Source of the DNA: the human T2T-CHM13v2.0 reference genome, Homo sapiens
DNA: 64,000 nucleotides
Reading direction: 5' to 3' (one strand)
Assembly: GCF_009914755.1 (NCBI RefSeq)
Contig: NC_060926.1
The notes beneath the pieces were generated by a model. The model searched no databases and had not been told where the DNA came from. It saw only the letters and a list, made by a program, of their open reading frames with translations. Shown here piece after piece: positions 16,415 to 30,075 of the stretch. The translations under genes and the position numbers were made by a program. Numbering within the stretch: the stretch's first letter is position 1; each line of letters starts with the position of its first letter.

Positions 16415-17007
16415 TGTGAGAAACAAACTTGCCCATCCAAACCCAAAGAATGGATTCAGAGATCTGGAGAACAGTAGAAGCAGGACTTTTTAATGATAGT
16501 CTTACAAGGTGGGGTGTTTGGTGGGCAGGCACAGCTAGCATGGTTACAACATGCAATTTATCCCCTAGTGCCCAGTTTCTGCCCCGGTTCCTCATAGGCT
16601 GAGTACTATGGGGTCACAGTTTTCTTGGACGTTGCCTATCAGTTGTTGGGTAGGGGCTTTAGGTGTTTTCTTTAGGGTTGTCCTTTGTCATTTTGTTGCA
16701 GCCCACATTACATTGCAATTCTAGTTAGCTTAAGGGCTCTTTAAGTATTTGACTTATGACCTAAGTAGCTGGGAGGCTGATAAGAACAGACAAAATGAGC
16801 TATTTTGCAGGTTAGTAAACTTTCATCTTCGACTAAACTTCTTTGGTTTGGGTGAGGGCAACTACGGGGGTGGGAGGGCCAACAAGCAGGCATCAGCTAT
16901 TCAAGCAGGGACCTAGGATATCCTATTTTTTTCTGTAGTTTGCTGACCTAAACAGATTCAAAGCACTTTGTTTTGGAAATGGACCGCTATATACATTATT
17001 TCCTTCA
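16415..17007 (-). mobile_element. 5' LTR of the provirus (~593 bp)
   Basis: Minus strand starts TGAAGGAAATAATGTAT and ends ...CTCACA 3 nt before the PBS; ATTAAA poly(A) signal at 16489-16494; start sequence recurs after the PPT at 10328-10344. LTR family not determined. Confidence 0.9.
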
Positions 17008-17053
17008 AAGACCCTTTGGATGCCTTAACACTTCAAAAAAAGATGTCTCAAAA

Positions 17054-17210
17054 CAGTGTTTTGCAAGCTTCAATGTGCGTATAGGTCACCTGGAGATCTC
17101 TTGAAGATGCAGATTCTGTTTTCATAGTTCTGGGGTAGAGCCTCTGTTTCTTCATTCCAACAAGCTCCAGTGATGCTGATTCTGCTGGTTCGTAGACTAC
17201 ACTGTGAGTA
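17054..17210. mobile_element. MER5A
   Basis: cagtgtttt...tcacctggaga...aacaagctccagtgatgctgattctgctggt...acactgtgag. Confidence 0.75.
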
Positions 17211-17759
17211 ATTAACGAAGCCTCGAAGTGTATTCATGCCTTGCTATGGGATCAGTCCATTTTCTAGAGGGTAGAGTATAGTGGCTACACTAAGACCATT
17301 CCTTGCAAATGCTCTCTCATTGGAGTCAAGGAGCAAGTGTTCTTCTGGGGATCTGGGCTAGATATAGGGGTCTGAGGGGATCCACTCTTGGGCTGCAGAG
17401 AGTGGAGCCAAGGAAGGACTGAAATTCACGGTGGAGAAGATAGTAGAGGGAGAAGCTGTGAACAGCCAGTTAGGAATTTCATCTTGTCACAAATATAAGG
17501 ACAGAAACAAAGCCTAATATGGAAATAGATACCAAACAACATCAATGTGTCCAGAAAGGAAGACGGGAGGCAGGACCAGAGGTTTCCTGAAGGCTGAAGG
17601 ATAGCTGCGAGAGACGTTTATAAAATGCTTGCAACTTCACCATGGCTGGAAAGAAAGCCATTCTGAATTTGAAAAACCCTCATTTAATCCTGGATACATG
17701 ATGTTTATGCTTTTATAGTGCTATGCATTAATTTTTTAAAATTATTCTAACTATATGCA

Positions 17760-17890
17760 GTAGTAGTTTTCAAACTAAAATATGCTTAAGAACCACCTGG
17801 GCAGCTTGTAAGAACTAGATTCCCAGACTCACCATACGAGATTCTGACTCTAGTGTTGGAGGAGGCACCCAGGAATTTGCATTTTCAAAT
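17760..17890. mobile_element. MER5 fragment
   Basis: cacctgggcagcttgt...gattctgact...cccaggaatttgcattt. Confidence 0.65.
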
Positions 17891-19029
17891 GTTCAGAAAG
17901 AATGATTTTCTTACATATTTACATACTTAGTTCTAAGTTATCTTAGCTAAAAGATGTGTACCCACTAATTAAACAATTATGTCACCCTACGCCAATTGCG
18001 AGATACCTTTTCCAGCCATTTAAGTTTGTACAACAAAGAATTTTGGCCCCAAACTGACTGGAGTTTTCTTGGCAACAAAATCTAGTCCTGAGCTCTAATT
18101 ATATCTGTAGCAAAACCTCCGTAACTTAGGGGGGTTGGTCATGCAGGCTCTATTCTTTAGAATAGAGTATATTCTACTTAATTCTGAACTCAAATAAATC
18201 TTCATTCCCCACCCAGGTTGGACTTTTTACTTGTTGGCCAAGACACTTAAACATCTTGTAGGCGAATTCAAAAGATCTTCTAGAATGACCAAATTCTAAT
18301 TATTTTCATTTTTCTTCTTCTTGCTTGTCAGGACCAAATATGTTTTGGATATTAAAATTATTTTTGATTGGATTTTATTGATCTTTTTTCCACATTGTCT
18401 GAGTAGCAATCCCAAGTTTCAAGGTTATTGTCTTTGGCACTGGATACCAATCAACAAGGAGACAAAACCTGGATATTCGGAGTGTGAATATCAGCTCCAT
18501 TACTAGGGAAAATCCAGCCTGTGGCTGGTAGCATGCTTCCTCTAGTTTGCCTTCCCTATCCATTCTCATTCAAGACTTTGGGACACCCCATCAGAGGGAG
18601 AGACTGAAAAGCAGATGCTTGCTGAATGAACTGGCAATGAATTAGTTTTTCAGAACCTGAAGAGCAGGAGTGAGAACAAGGCCACAAATGGGTACTGTTT
18701 GTTAATAAATACTAACTTCACCCAGGCAAGGAACATGGCACTTACCAAGAGATAAATATTTCTCCAGAAAGTTCAAGAATTATACTCCAAATAGGAATTC
18801 CATTAATGGAAATAAGGGGACAGGGAATTAGGAGTTGCTCTGAAGTTCTGAGCAGTAGATAGGATAAATAGTTGTTAAACTGTTTTGAAAATTAGAAAGT
18901 TCTACCCAACTGCAAATTACATTAATTATTGTGTCTAAAGGACTCTGTTGAGATTGTGTCAGGAGAATCATTCAGGTTAAATTATACTGGCAAGAGATTT
19001 TCTGTTCCCCGTACTTGAGTGACAATTTT

Positions 19030-19321
19030 TTGTTTTGTTTTGTTTTGAGATGGAGTCTCACTCTGTTGCCCAGGCTGGAGTGCAGAGGTGCAGTCTTGGT
19101 TCACTGCAACCTCCGCCTCCTGGGTTTAAGCAATTCTCCTGCCTCAGCCTCCTGAGTAGCTTGGATTACAGGTGCCTGCCATCACGCCCAGCTGATTTTT
19201 GTATTTTTAGTAGAGACAGGGTTTCACCATGTTGGCCAGGTGGGTCTTCAACTCCTGACCTCAAGTGATCCAACTGCCTCGGCCTCCCAAGGTGCTGGGA
19301 TTACAGCCACTGCACCTAGCT
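19030..19321 (-). mobile_element. AluS-type element
   Basis: Full Alu with (TTTTG)n tail; TSD GAGTGACAATTTT at 19017-19029 and 19322-19334. Confidence 0.93.
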
Positions 19322-19590
19322 GAGTGACAATTTTAACTTGTTGACATAAACAAAAGAGGTTAAGAGAGAGAATCCATTGAATGGATGGGGAAGTCTATTT
19401 AACACAACAGTAACAAACATGAGGTATTTGGATTATCCACAACCTTTCTGCTTCATTAGTGTGGCTAATTAAGAGTTGACTGTGGAAATTTTTATTTAGC
19501 TATGCTTTTTAATATCAAGAATTTCCATAGATTAGTGGGAAGGCTGGCATTTGCTTGTCTGATTCACCATTAACTACATAAGTTAATGGG

Positions 19591-19959
19591 TGTCTTAGTT
19601 TGTTTGGGCTGCTATAACAAAAATAGCATAGGCTGGGTGGTTTAAACAAGCAGCATTTATTTTTGATTCTTCCAGAAGTTGAAAGTCCAAGTTCAAGGTG
19701 CTGGCAGATTCAGTGTCTGGTGAGGACCCTCTTCCTGGTTTATAGAAGGCTGCCTTCTTGCTGTATCTTCATATGGCAGAGAGGGGGAATGACCATCTGT
19801 CTCCTGTCTCTTCTTATGAGGCTGATAATCCCAGTCACAAGGGCTTTACCCTTATCATCTAATTACCTTCCAAAAGTCCCACCTCCAAACTCCATCACAT
19901 TGGAGATTAGAGTTTCAACATATGAATTTTGTGAGGACAAAAATATTCATTCCACAGCA
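19591..19959 (-). mobile_element. MLT1A-like solo LTR
   Basis: TG...CA termini; 5-bp TSD ATGGG at 19586-19590 and 19960-19964. Confidence 0.85.
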
Positions 19960-20169
19960 ATGGGCCTTTAGATAATGGAGTGGAGTAGTTCATTTAAGAT
20001 TCCAGTCTTTTGAAAGATGTCTGTGGTTGAAATTTGTGATGTCTACAGTTAGCCCCTGACTTGTCTTTTTCTCCTGGAAAGGAAAGATAGTGATATTGCC
20101 TCTAACTCTGTCTTCTGGCAGAGCTGACTGTAGCCCCTACTCTAGAGACTGGGAAATTCGATAGGCTAT

Positions 20170-21345
20170 AAATACTACTACCTCCCTGTAATCCCCGGTT
20201 CAAGCCACCATTCTTTTTCCAGGACAACCGCCTCCTACCTGATCTTCATGCTTACACTCCTGCTTCTTACAGTCTTATTCCCACTCAGAAGCCAGAAAGC
20301 ACTCTTTTAGAATGCAAAGAAGAATATGTCACTGACCTCAAAACCTTCTAAATCTTTCTCTCCCAAATTCCAAAATTCTGAATGCAGCTGCTCAGAGCCA
20401 CATGACCTGCCCCCTGGCTACCTCTTCATTGTCATGTCCTGCTATTCTTTTTGTTCACATTTCCCAGCCGTACCCACCTCATTTGCTGTTTTGAGAATAT
20501 GATGAGCATGCTTTGTACAAGCTGTTCTCTCTTGCCCCAGATAGCTTCATGGCTTAATCCATCACAGCATCTGAGTCTCTTCAAATGCCCTTTCATCAGA
20601 AAGACCCCCCTGTTATGAATTGAACTGGGCCCTCCCACTTCATATGTTGAAGCTCTAACCCCCAGCATTTTGGAATGTGACTGTATTTGGATATAGGGTC
20701 TTTAAAGAGGTGATGAAGTTAAAATGAAGCTGCTATATATATGTGTGTCAAAACATCACACCGTACAGCAAAAATATGTATAATTATTATGTGTCAATTA
20801 AAAACAAAATAAAACTTAACAAATGAGTTTATTAGTGTGGACCCTAATATGATCTGACTGTTGCCTTTAGAAGAAGGAGAAATTTGACACACACAGATGC
20901 CAGGGATGCAAGCACATTGAGAAAAGGCCACATGAGGACACCACGACAAGCTGGCAATCTGTAAGCCAAGGAGAGGCCTTAGCATAAACCTTTGATGTTG
21001 GACTTCCAGCCTCTTAAAAACTGTGAGAAAATAAATTTCTGTTGCTTAAACCACTCAGTCTGTGGTGTTTTGTGATGGCAGTCCTAGCAGACTAATATGT
21101 GCCCCTCGACCACTCAATCAATAGTATGCCTCTATTCCCCTAAGCCAACTTTATTTTCATTCATAGTACCTATAGTTTGACATTATATTATATATTTTCC
21201 TTTTCATTTATTTTCTGTCTCACCTACTTACACATAAGCCCCATGAAGACAGGGACTTCACTATGTTTCCTGTTATAAAGCCCAAGACAGTGCCTGGCAC
21301 ATAGCAGGTGCTCAATAGATATTCATTAATAAATAAATGAATGGA
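20170..21345 (+). mobile_element. L2 3' region, interrupted by MLT1B
   Basis: L2 3' terminus cagtgcctggcacatagcaggtgctcaata...aatgaatg at 21288-21343; L2 text resumes across the LTR. Confidence 0.75.
20611..21099 (+). mobile_element. MLT1B-like solo LTR containing a ~93-bp L1MA 3' tail (20728-20820)
   Basis: tgttatgaattgaa start, gaatgtgactgtatttgga, ataaatttctgttg, gcagactaata end; insert flanked by AAATGA repeats. Confidence 0.82.
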
Positions 21346-23738
21346 CTAGGTTGTTAAGATTTATTACCTCCCTGGTCTTTCTCCACCTGTCTATATTCTA
21401 TCTCTATGAAGCCTTCTTTGACTCCTGTGCCCTTCCTGATTTTTCTGACACCCTCTACTCCCAGGTCTTCCCTGACAGCACCGACACTCAACTTACCCTC
21501 CTGGCCCCTGGTCACTCATAGCTTCTTTAATGCTCTGACATGCTGCTTTGTCTTCTGTTTACTATTTTTCTCCAGCAAAGGGAAGTTTCTCTGAAAAGGA
21601 GTTTTGTGTTTGGTTTTAAGTGCTATGCATCTCTACTTTTGGCTAATGCGTGTACTTTCAGCATTTCCCTAGCACCTGAATTGCATAGTTGGCCTGGTCT
21701 TTATTTTGCTGAGTGATCCTGAAGTAAGTGTCCTCAGACACATTCAACTAATATTTGTTCAGCCCAAGTAGACACAAAAAAGGTACAAAGAAAACACTAA
21801 TCAATAACTTTGCCTTGCTCTGCTGAAAGCTTGCCATTTTGATGCTCTAAAGACTGTGTTCCATCTAATGGCTGAGAGGTGATGCCACACTCAGAATTGG
21901 GTCCATCTGCAGGACTTGCCAGATTAAGACAATGTGGATGACTGGGTTATTACTTATAATAGAAGCTTGGGCAGGAACCAAGTATTTGTGCAAATTCTCA
22001 GACTAGCGTTCAAGGCCCTCCCCACACTGCTTTAATGTCTCATTTCCCACTCTCCCATGTGAAGCTTTTGTTTCACTCCCAACAGAATGCTTTGTTTCCT
22101 GGGCACACCCTTGACTTTCCTGCTTTCCAGTCTCTGATTTCTTTCTCCCTGGTTATGAGACAAGCAGCTGAGGAAAGATAGATATTACCTTTTCTTTGAT
22201 TATAAATTGTACTTTCCCCACCCTTCATTTCCATTTATACAATACTACCTATCCTTCAAGTTCATTCTCAGCTAGCAGCAAAAAGTAGCTAACAGTTATT
22301 GAGTAGTTACCATGTGCCAGGAGCTATCTTTAGTTTTTGACATGGAATAACTCATTTGATGACTATAAACATGCTACACAATAGGAACTACAATTATCTT
22401 CATTTTATAGACAAGGGAACAGAAACAGAGATGCCATCTCCAATTCCACAGGAAACCTCTCCTGATCACTGTTATGTGATGTGATTGCTTCCGTCACTGA
22501 GCCTCAGTGGCACATGCTCTTTCCCTCATGTCATTTAGCTTATATGTTCTTTTAGAATAGTTCTGGGTATACTTGTCTGACTCATCCTGCTGGTCTATGC
22601 ACTCCATAAAAGGGGAAACCATGTCTTAATATCTTTTCTTATTCATCAACTGCTTCTTGTTGAACATAAGCACATAAGAACTGTATCCTGCAAGATTGAT
22701 TTCTTGGCACTGGAAGCCCTAGGTTGGTAAGAAAGTTTCCAGGACTCAGACCTTGATGCAAAGGAGTACAAAAGTAATTCCAAATAAGTTTTTTGGATGT
22801 GATTTCTGGAGGATGGGGGTTTTGGCATGCATTGGCCCAGTACAAGGGCTCTTAAGAACAGACCCAGCCAGCAGCTCAAGTGCTGTAAACTCCCAGAGAC
22901 CAGAGATCAGGCCTTTGCCATTATTCCTCTTTGATGATGGGGGAGGTTTGGAATAGTTTTTAGAAATTCAGTGGACATGGAACTCATTCAGGAGAATTGG
23001 GCTCCTCCCATCTGCTGGGCACTAGGCTTGAGGTACAGATATGTCTTCGTATTATTTTATTTTGTCCCTCCAGTCTAAGTAGGCCAGGAATAATCTGAGT
23101 TCTATTCATCTTTTCAGATCAGTTTTCCTCTCTAGGAAGTTTCTTCTTTCCTCATCTCATCTTCTGATCTTATCTGACACTAGCATGTGTGCCATTCACA
23201 GGGCATGAAGTGCAGATGACCCTGTGTGACATTTCACTTTCCATGGGTGTGTACCCATGGAAATACATTAAAAGGGAAAACCATGTCCATACATTTTATC
23301 TCTTGAACACTGCTAAAAAGTCCCAAAGACCAGAGATGGAACCTTATACATCCTTCAAGTTCCATGTTTGGGTGCATAGCCTAGACAGATAGCTTTGTGG
23401 TGGGTCCACTAATCATTCCCCGTATGCTTATCGGCATTAGAATAGGTACTATGGGATCAGATGATTGAACAGGTAATCAAGGAAGCCAGGGTTCACCACA
23501 AGCATATTGATGACAAAGAGAATTTCATGAAAGGCTTTTGGAGAGTCTAATATTATATATTAATGGACGCTATGAAAATCGTCCATAAATTATAGACAGA
23601 GGCTTTAGAAATGTTAATTAACTCACTCAAGTTGCCCAACTAAAAAATTGCAGAGCCAAGGTTTGAACTCGGGTCTTTTGAAACCGTCTTTGCTTTTCAT
23701 ACTTACTATACTTACATCTTAAAGGACTGTGGAACTAA

Positions 23739-24129
<391 letters not shown>

Positions 24130-25879
24130 CTGTCTGCTATTCTTAACAGCTCTTTCCACAGAATTTATTTGAGTCAAGTTTCCATTTTCTTCAGTCACTG
24201 GCTTTATCAATGTGCAAAGCCATTTAAAATTAATTAAATTGATTGTTATCTGCAAACTGGTGCTGGATAATGCTTTTGTAGTTGCCAAAGGAGCTTTCCC
24301 AAAGGTACGTTAATGATATATTAGTTTTCCACTGTCTTTTTCTTTTTGTTGGTTCCATATTCTAGGCCTTCCACTCCCCAGAATAATAAGTGTGGCTGTT
24401 ATTATTACACGCAAGGTAGCAAAATGTTCCATCCTCCCAGAGAGATAGAATCCCCATTAGGCTATGGTAACAATGGTCCAGGCTTTGCCCTTTGTCTGAG
24501 AGCTTCTCTCAGATAATGACGGGAACTTGTTCTTGGATGTGCTGAAGTCATTGTCAGACATTATGGCTATTGAGACACTATCTTCCATAGTAGCTGATGG
24601 GAGCCTGAGTTATTGCCATTATGCTAAATGAAAAGGAAATGACAAATCCCGAAAAGTCCATGAACACAATTTTATTTTGTTCCAAAGTGCCTTTGTATCA
24701 TTATGTGAAATAATGAACCCTATTGTATGCCTTAGCTTAAAACCTTTCTTTGTTGTAAGCATCCTCAGGGGCATTACAGAGCTGTTTCGGTGTTCCTGGA
24801 CCATGCGTCACCTTGTTTAATTTTTTCATCTGTAAAATGACACTGGGGCCTTTATGACATGGGGGTAAAAAATATGATGAGAAGAGATATCAAAGCATGG
24901 TGACTTGAAGACTTTCCTATTCATACCCAAAATACTAGCAAGCCCCAACTTTAAAAGCATTCCTTTGAGGCGTTCTGGAAACACAAACAGTGCAGCAGAG
25001 TGCAGCTGGAGATGTACTATATTAGCACAGAGAAGTCATACCTGACTCACATTACCTAGCAAAGGAGTGGAGAAAGAAAGAGAACTTGGGCTTCCCCGCT
25101 AGTTAACAGCTACTTCTTTATCATCATGGAGTTAAGCTCATTAAATGAGGGAGCTGTAGATTCCCACTCCAATGTGCTTCCTTATTCTACTAAATCACTG
25201 TTGCACTTTCTTGAACCCAACAGTGAAGTGAGCTTTTGCAGAAAAAAGCAGAGGTGGCTTGATGAATTCCTGTCTGAATTCAGAGAGAAGTCCTGCTGGA
25301 AGGGTCAGGAGCTGAGCCTAGAAACAGGCAGGCAGCTTCATCCCCACCATCAACACTTCACTTTAGACAGTTGGCAGTTGGCTTGGAATGACCCCCTGAC
25401 TTTTTTTGTTGGCCTGGCCATGGGGCTGGTGTGCAGTGTAGCCTGGGTATTGGCATATAAAGTATTATTAATTCTAATTCTTCTGTCAGCAATCTGTGAG
25501 ACTTCCTCAATCTATCCCCTATTGGACTAGGAAATATCCAAGGCCTCTTCCATCACTAAAATGTTGTGATATTTTGACAAGACTATTTTGTGACAGCATG
25601 AACGAACTGATCTTCAACATTTTATAACATCTCCTTATTGGTGAACACCATTAAGTTTCCCATCTGCAACATAAAAAATATCAGAGGAAATTCATAAGTT
25701 CCTACCCTTCAGTCCTCTCTCCCTCCCTTCTTAGCACCCTCTCCTCTTCCTTGTTTTGTTTTACAAATACTCTTTAGTTTTGATATACCTTTTTTTAGCT
25801 AACGCAAACTATAAAATGTAACTTTCTCAAACTTTATTTTTGTTTCTCCTCACTCTTTCTTTCTACTTCACAGAGCACT

Positions 25880-27965
25880 TGGAACCAGCTGTAAAGGGAG
25901 ACCCTATAATATCTTTCCATCAAATTCGAAACCCATCTGCATTTGTTCCATCATTCCCACAGCATTCCTGTTACAACAGAAGTGTTTCTTCTACTTCCTA
26001 AGATCAATACCTGCACCGCTGTTCTGTAGCCCAAACCCTGACATTTCGGGAAAATCCACCCTTAGATTGTCTCCTATATATTCAGCTTTTCCTTCTTTAG
26101 TTGAACGTTTCAACATATCCTTGCTTTTCCCGTTGTAACACAAAACAATAGTCCTTAAGACAACCTTTCCCATGAGCCCACTTTGCCAGTCTGTGAGCAC
26201 ACAATCTCTCTTTTCTCATTCACAGACACTTCCTATAAATAATTACCTACACTCATTGCTCCCATTTTCTTATTCTCACCCTGCATGCCATGCCAATCTG
26301 CCTTCCACTCCCACCACTAACCTGAGCCTTCTTTTGCTAAGTTACCATGGACATCTGTACTCTTTGGAGGATAGGTGCCATTGGGAAGTTACTTTTACTA
26401 AATCCACATATTGACTTGGATTTTTATGCACCAATTTCTGCCTTTCTTTTACAGTGGAAGAGGTGATCTTGATTCTATTTAAGACCTCCTCACTCAAGCC
26501 CTGGGTTCCATCACCTCTTTGAATATATAACTCTTGGAATTATCTCCTCTTCACTGGACCATTTCCATTTGCATAACCTTCATGCATTAAAAATGAGCCC
26601 TCTTAAGCCTGAAAAACCTTAACCTTTTATATATCAAAACTACTCCAAAGAGTTCTCTATGCTCACTCTTCCCATTTTCTTTCTCCCTAGTATACTCTCA
26701 ATTCTCTTCATTCATGCTTTTTATTCCTACCATTTCATTAAAATTGTACTTTTCAAGGTCATGAATGACCTGCGTCTTGCCAAAGCTAAAGCCAAGTGTG
26801 AATGCTACACTGTTCTCATTTTCCTCTAACTTAGCAGCAGTGGAGTGAACTGAACACTTGCTCTTTCTCCAGGCTTTTGTGATGACATATTTTCCTGGTT
26901 TTTCTTTACATCATTGGTCTTCCTTCTTGTCCTTTACTACTACCTCTTTATCTGACTCTTTCTCTCTGCATTAATTCTACTCTCATCCAGTCTCATGAAA
27001 ATAAACAATATCAATAAGATAAAAACAGTCAAATTTATATACACAAATGTGAGCTACAAGTCATACTCAGCTACACATTTGACTTAGATGTTTAACAAGA
27101 TATCTTAAACTTAATAAGCGCAAAACTTATTTCTTGATCCACTCTCTCCCTCTTCTTCTGGTTATCCTCTGTCTTCATCAAAACAAATGATCCCACCATC
27201 TACTCAGTTGCTCCACCCTTATATCTACGAGTTATCCTTGATTCTTCTCTTTCCTTCTTATCCCACTGTATTACTTTGTTTTCTGTTGTTTATAGCAGAA
27301 TACCTGAAACTGGGAAATTTATAAAGAAAAGGAATTTATTTCTACAGTTACAGAGGCTGAAAAGTTCAAGGTTGAGGAGTTGCATTTGGTGAGAGCCTCC
27401 TTGCTAGTAGGGGCTCTACCAAGTACTGAGGCAGTGCAGGGTATCACATGGTGAGGGGCTGAACGTGCTCACATGCTAGCTCAAGTCTCTCTTCTTTTTC
27501 TTATAAAGCAAACAGTTCCACTGTCATGATAACCCATTAATCCATTAACCATGAATAAATAAATTTATTCATCAGAGCCCTCACAATCCAGTCACTTCTT
27601 AAAAGCCCCACCTCTCAATAATGCCAGGTTGGGGATTAAGTTTCAATATGAGTTTCGGAGGGGACCTTCAAATCATAGGACCCAAGTTCAATCCATTAGT
27701 ATTTAATTAGATATGTATTTCAAATTTGATAATTTCTTACCATTTCCATTGTTACAGCTTCTTTCCAAAAGCACCAAAGTCCCCAACTAGACTACTATAC
27801 GAGCATCCTGATGCTGTTTCTGCTTCTGCTCTTGCCCTATATTATACATTCTTCATATATCATCTGGTGATCTTTTTAAATATAATTTTTAATATTATTT
27901 TTCTGCTTAAACTATTACAAAAGTTTCACTTTGCAGTGTAAATAAAATGTAAATTCCTTAATTTT
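25880..27965 (+). mobile_element. Long degenerate L2, interrupted by MSTC
   Basis: Pyrimidine-rich L2 ORF2/3' text (caaggtcatgaatgacct, cagcag...acactt, cccaccatctactcagttgctc). Confidence 0.65.
27267..27680 (-). mobile_element. MSTC-like solo LTR
   Basis: agaatacctgaaactggg...ataaagaaaaggaatttatt; gataacccattaatccattaacc; gccccacctctcaata; near-TSD CCCAC/CCCAA. Confidence 0.82.
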
Positions 27966-27969
27966 GCCT

Positions 27970-28850
27970 CTCACAGTTTATTTGCATTTTATTCACAGGA
28001 ACAGGTGATCTTTGTCTGCCCTTGGGTGCAAACTCCACAAATCCCATGGTTTTCTCCTGACTTGTGGTGGAAGTCACTGCAGTCACGCTCAGTCTTCATT
28101 CAGACATTGGATTGCCCAGGCCTATGTAATTATGAAAATTTAACATGACTTGATGTTCACTCTTCTCCCTTCTCCTACCTAGGACTTGCTTCAAGTCTGC
28201 AACCTGCATCAAGGAAGTGGCATTTGGTTCTTCTCAATTTCTCTACTTCATGCTTCCTTTCTCTCCTCCCTCCAATCTTAGGCAGCTTCTGACCCTTCTT
28301 CAGGGTGGTATTAGGGAGGGAGGGAGGAATGGTAAGGCAAAAGGAAAGCCTCTGAGATTGTCGGTTTCAAGATGTTTCTGTATCAGAAGATAAAGATTTT
28401 ACAGGAAATTGTCATGGAGTGTTTGCAGGCCCCTTTACTGAGCACCTCTTTCCAGGTGATTCTTTGTCTTAGCAGGTGCATCTCTCTTGCAGGAGGTCAT
28501 ATGTGCCTTCCTCAGCCTTCGGGAATGTCAACATCCCTTCTAGCTTCTTGCTGCTGGAGCCTCTTCACCCCTCTGGTAGCCTTGTTGGGTAGAACCTAAG
28601 ATGGCTCCACTCAGCTCTTTCTGTCCCATGTGGCCCACATTTAGTCCATGAGAAACATTTATGTCCTCTAGGAAGGAAAGCAGGTTGTCCATGGCACAAC
28701 TATGCTCTGCTGGAAGCAATATCCAATCAAGACAAGACTGACTGTTTTGTGTTCTTAATATATCTCAAATCCACTTGCTTCTCTTTCTTCTCACCAGCCA
28801 AGGCATGAGAATCTCCTGTGTACCTCTGTAAACAAAGTGTTCTTATAGGT
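27970..28850 (-). mobile_element. Possible ancient ERV1-type LTR (LTR78-like)
   Basis: Terminal tcacagtttatttgcattttattcacagg resembles the recalled LTR78 end; highly diverged. Confidence 0.35.
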
Positions 28851-29534
28851 CACCTCACAGCTACTGTTACCTGCCTCTTCAATTAATTTTCCTTTCTGCA
28901 GCCACAGTTCTGGGGGGTGTCAGAGAAGGTAAGATTGGCAGACTGGGGTGCTGGGCTGAGTGACAAGAGGCCCAAACATGCTGTGTGAGTGGTGGGCCCC
29001 TTGGAGGAGGTTGCTGCAGGCTCCTTCCTCCCAGAGCAGTCAGATACCTTTACTCTCTTCCTGAGTGCTTGTTTGGCAAAGGGGTTTTAATTAGTACAAA
29101 GAGCCAGTAGGACCTCCTTACCCCCAGGCAGAGGTTCTGTTCCAGAATGGTGAAAGACCCAGCAAGTGTTCCCAGAAAATGCTAGACCTATGAAGGAACT
29201 GCCAAGAGTTAGGACTGAAAGGCACCTACTAGTTTATCTAATCCAAGCAAAATAAAAACAGATCATATCACTCTGGTTTGCATGAAAACAATAGGACCTT
29301 TTAAAAGGTATTTTTTAAATTAAAGTTTCTTACTTGGTCCAGCTTATGCGTTGGTACATGTGTTCTTGTTTTGCAGATGCTACTTGTGAGCCACATTGCA
29401 GAGCAGCAGTGCTCACATTGAAGTCTGTATCAATCATGTGCAGAACTTGTTAAAATGATTCCTGAGTATACCACTAGAAACTCTGCTTTTGAGAATCCAG
29501 AGTGGGTTGAGGAATCTGCACTTTCTTCTATTTT

Positions 29535-30075
29535 TAGACAAATTATTGTTACTATTTCTAACTGTGGTAAAATACACATAACATAAAGTTTACTATTTAC
29601 TATTTTAACCATCGTTAAGCATTCAGTTCAGTGGTACCCTGCATTGTTGTGTACCCATCACCACCATCCAGCTCTAGAATCTTTCCATGCTGTATAATTG
29701 CTTCCCTGTACTGATTAGACACTAATCCCCAATTCTCCACCCCAACTAGCCACTGACAACCACCATTCTATTTTCTACTTCTACAAGTATGACAACTCTA
29801 GGTACATCACACAAGTGGAGTCATGCAGTATTCGTCTTTTTGTGTCCTCCTTCACTGTCCTCAAGGTTCATCCATGTTGTAGATGTGTCAGAATTTGCTT
29901 ATTTTTAAAGGCTGAATAATATCCTATTGTATGAGCATACCTAATTTTGTTTATTCATTCATCCATCAGTGGACATCTGGGTTGCTCCCAACCTTTGGCT
30001 ACTATGAATAATACTGCTATGAACATGAATGTATAAATGTCTCTTTGAGACCCTGCTTCCACTTCTTTCTGGAAT
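29535..30075 (-). mobile_element. L1MB-like 3' end inserted into a MER5 (halves ~29405-29530 and ~30076-30140)
   Basis: gtggtaaaatacacataacataaa, caaggttcatccatgttgtag, cagtggacatctgggttgct; MER5 text on both sides. Confidence 0.8.
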
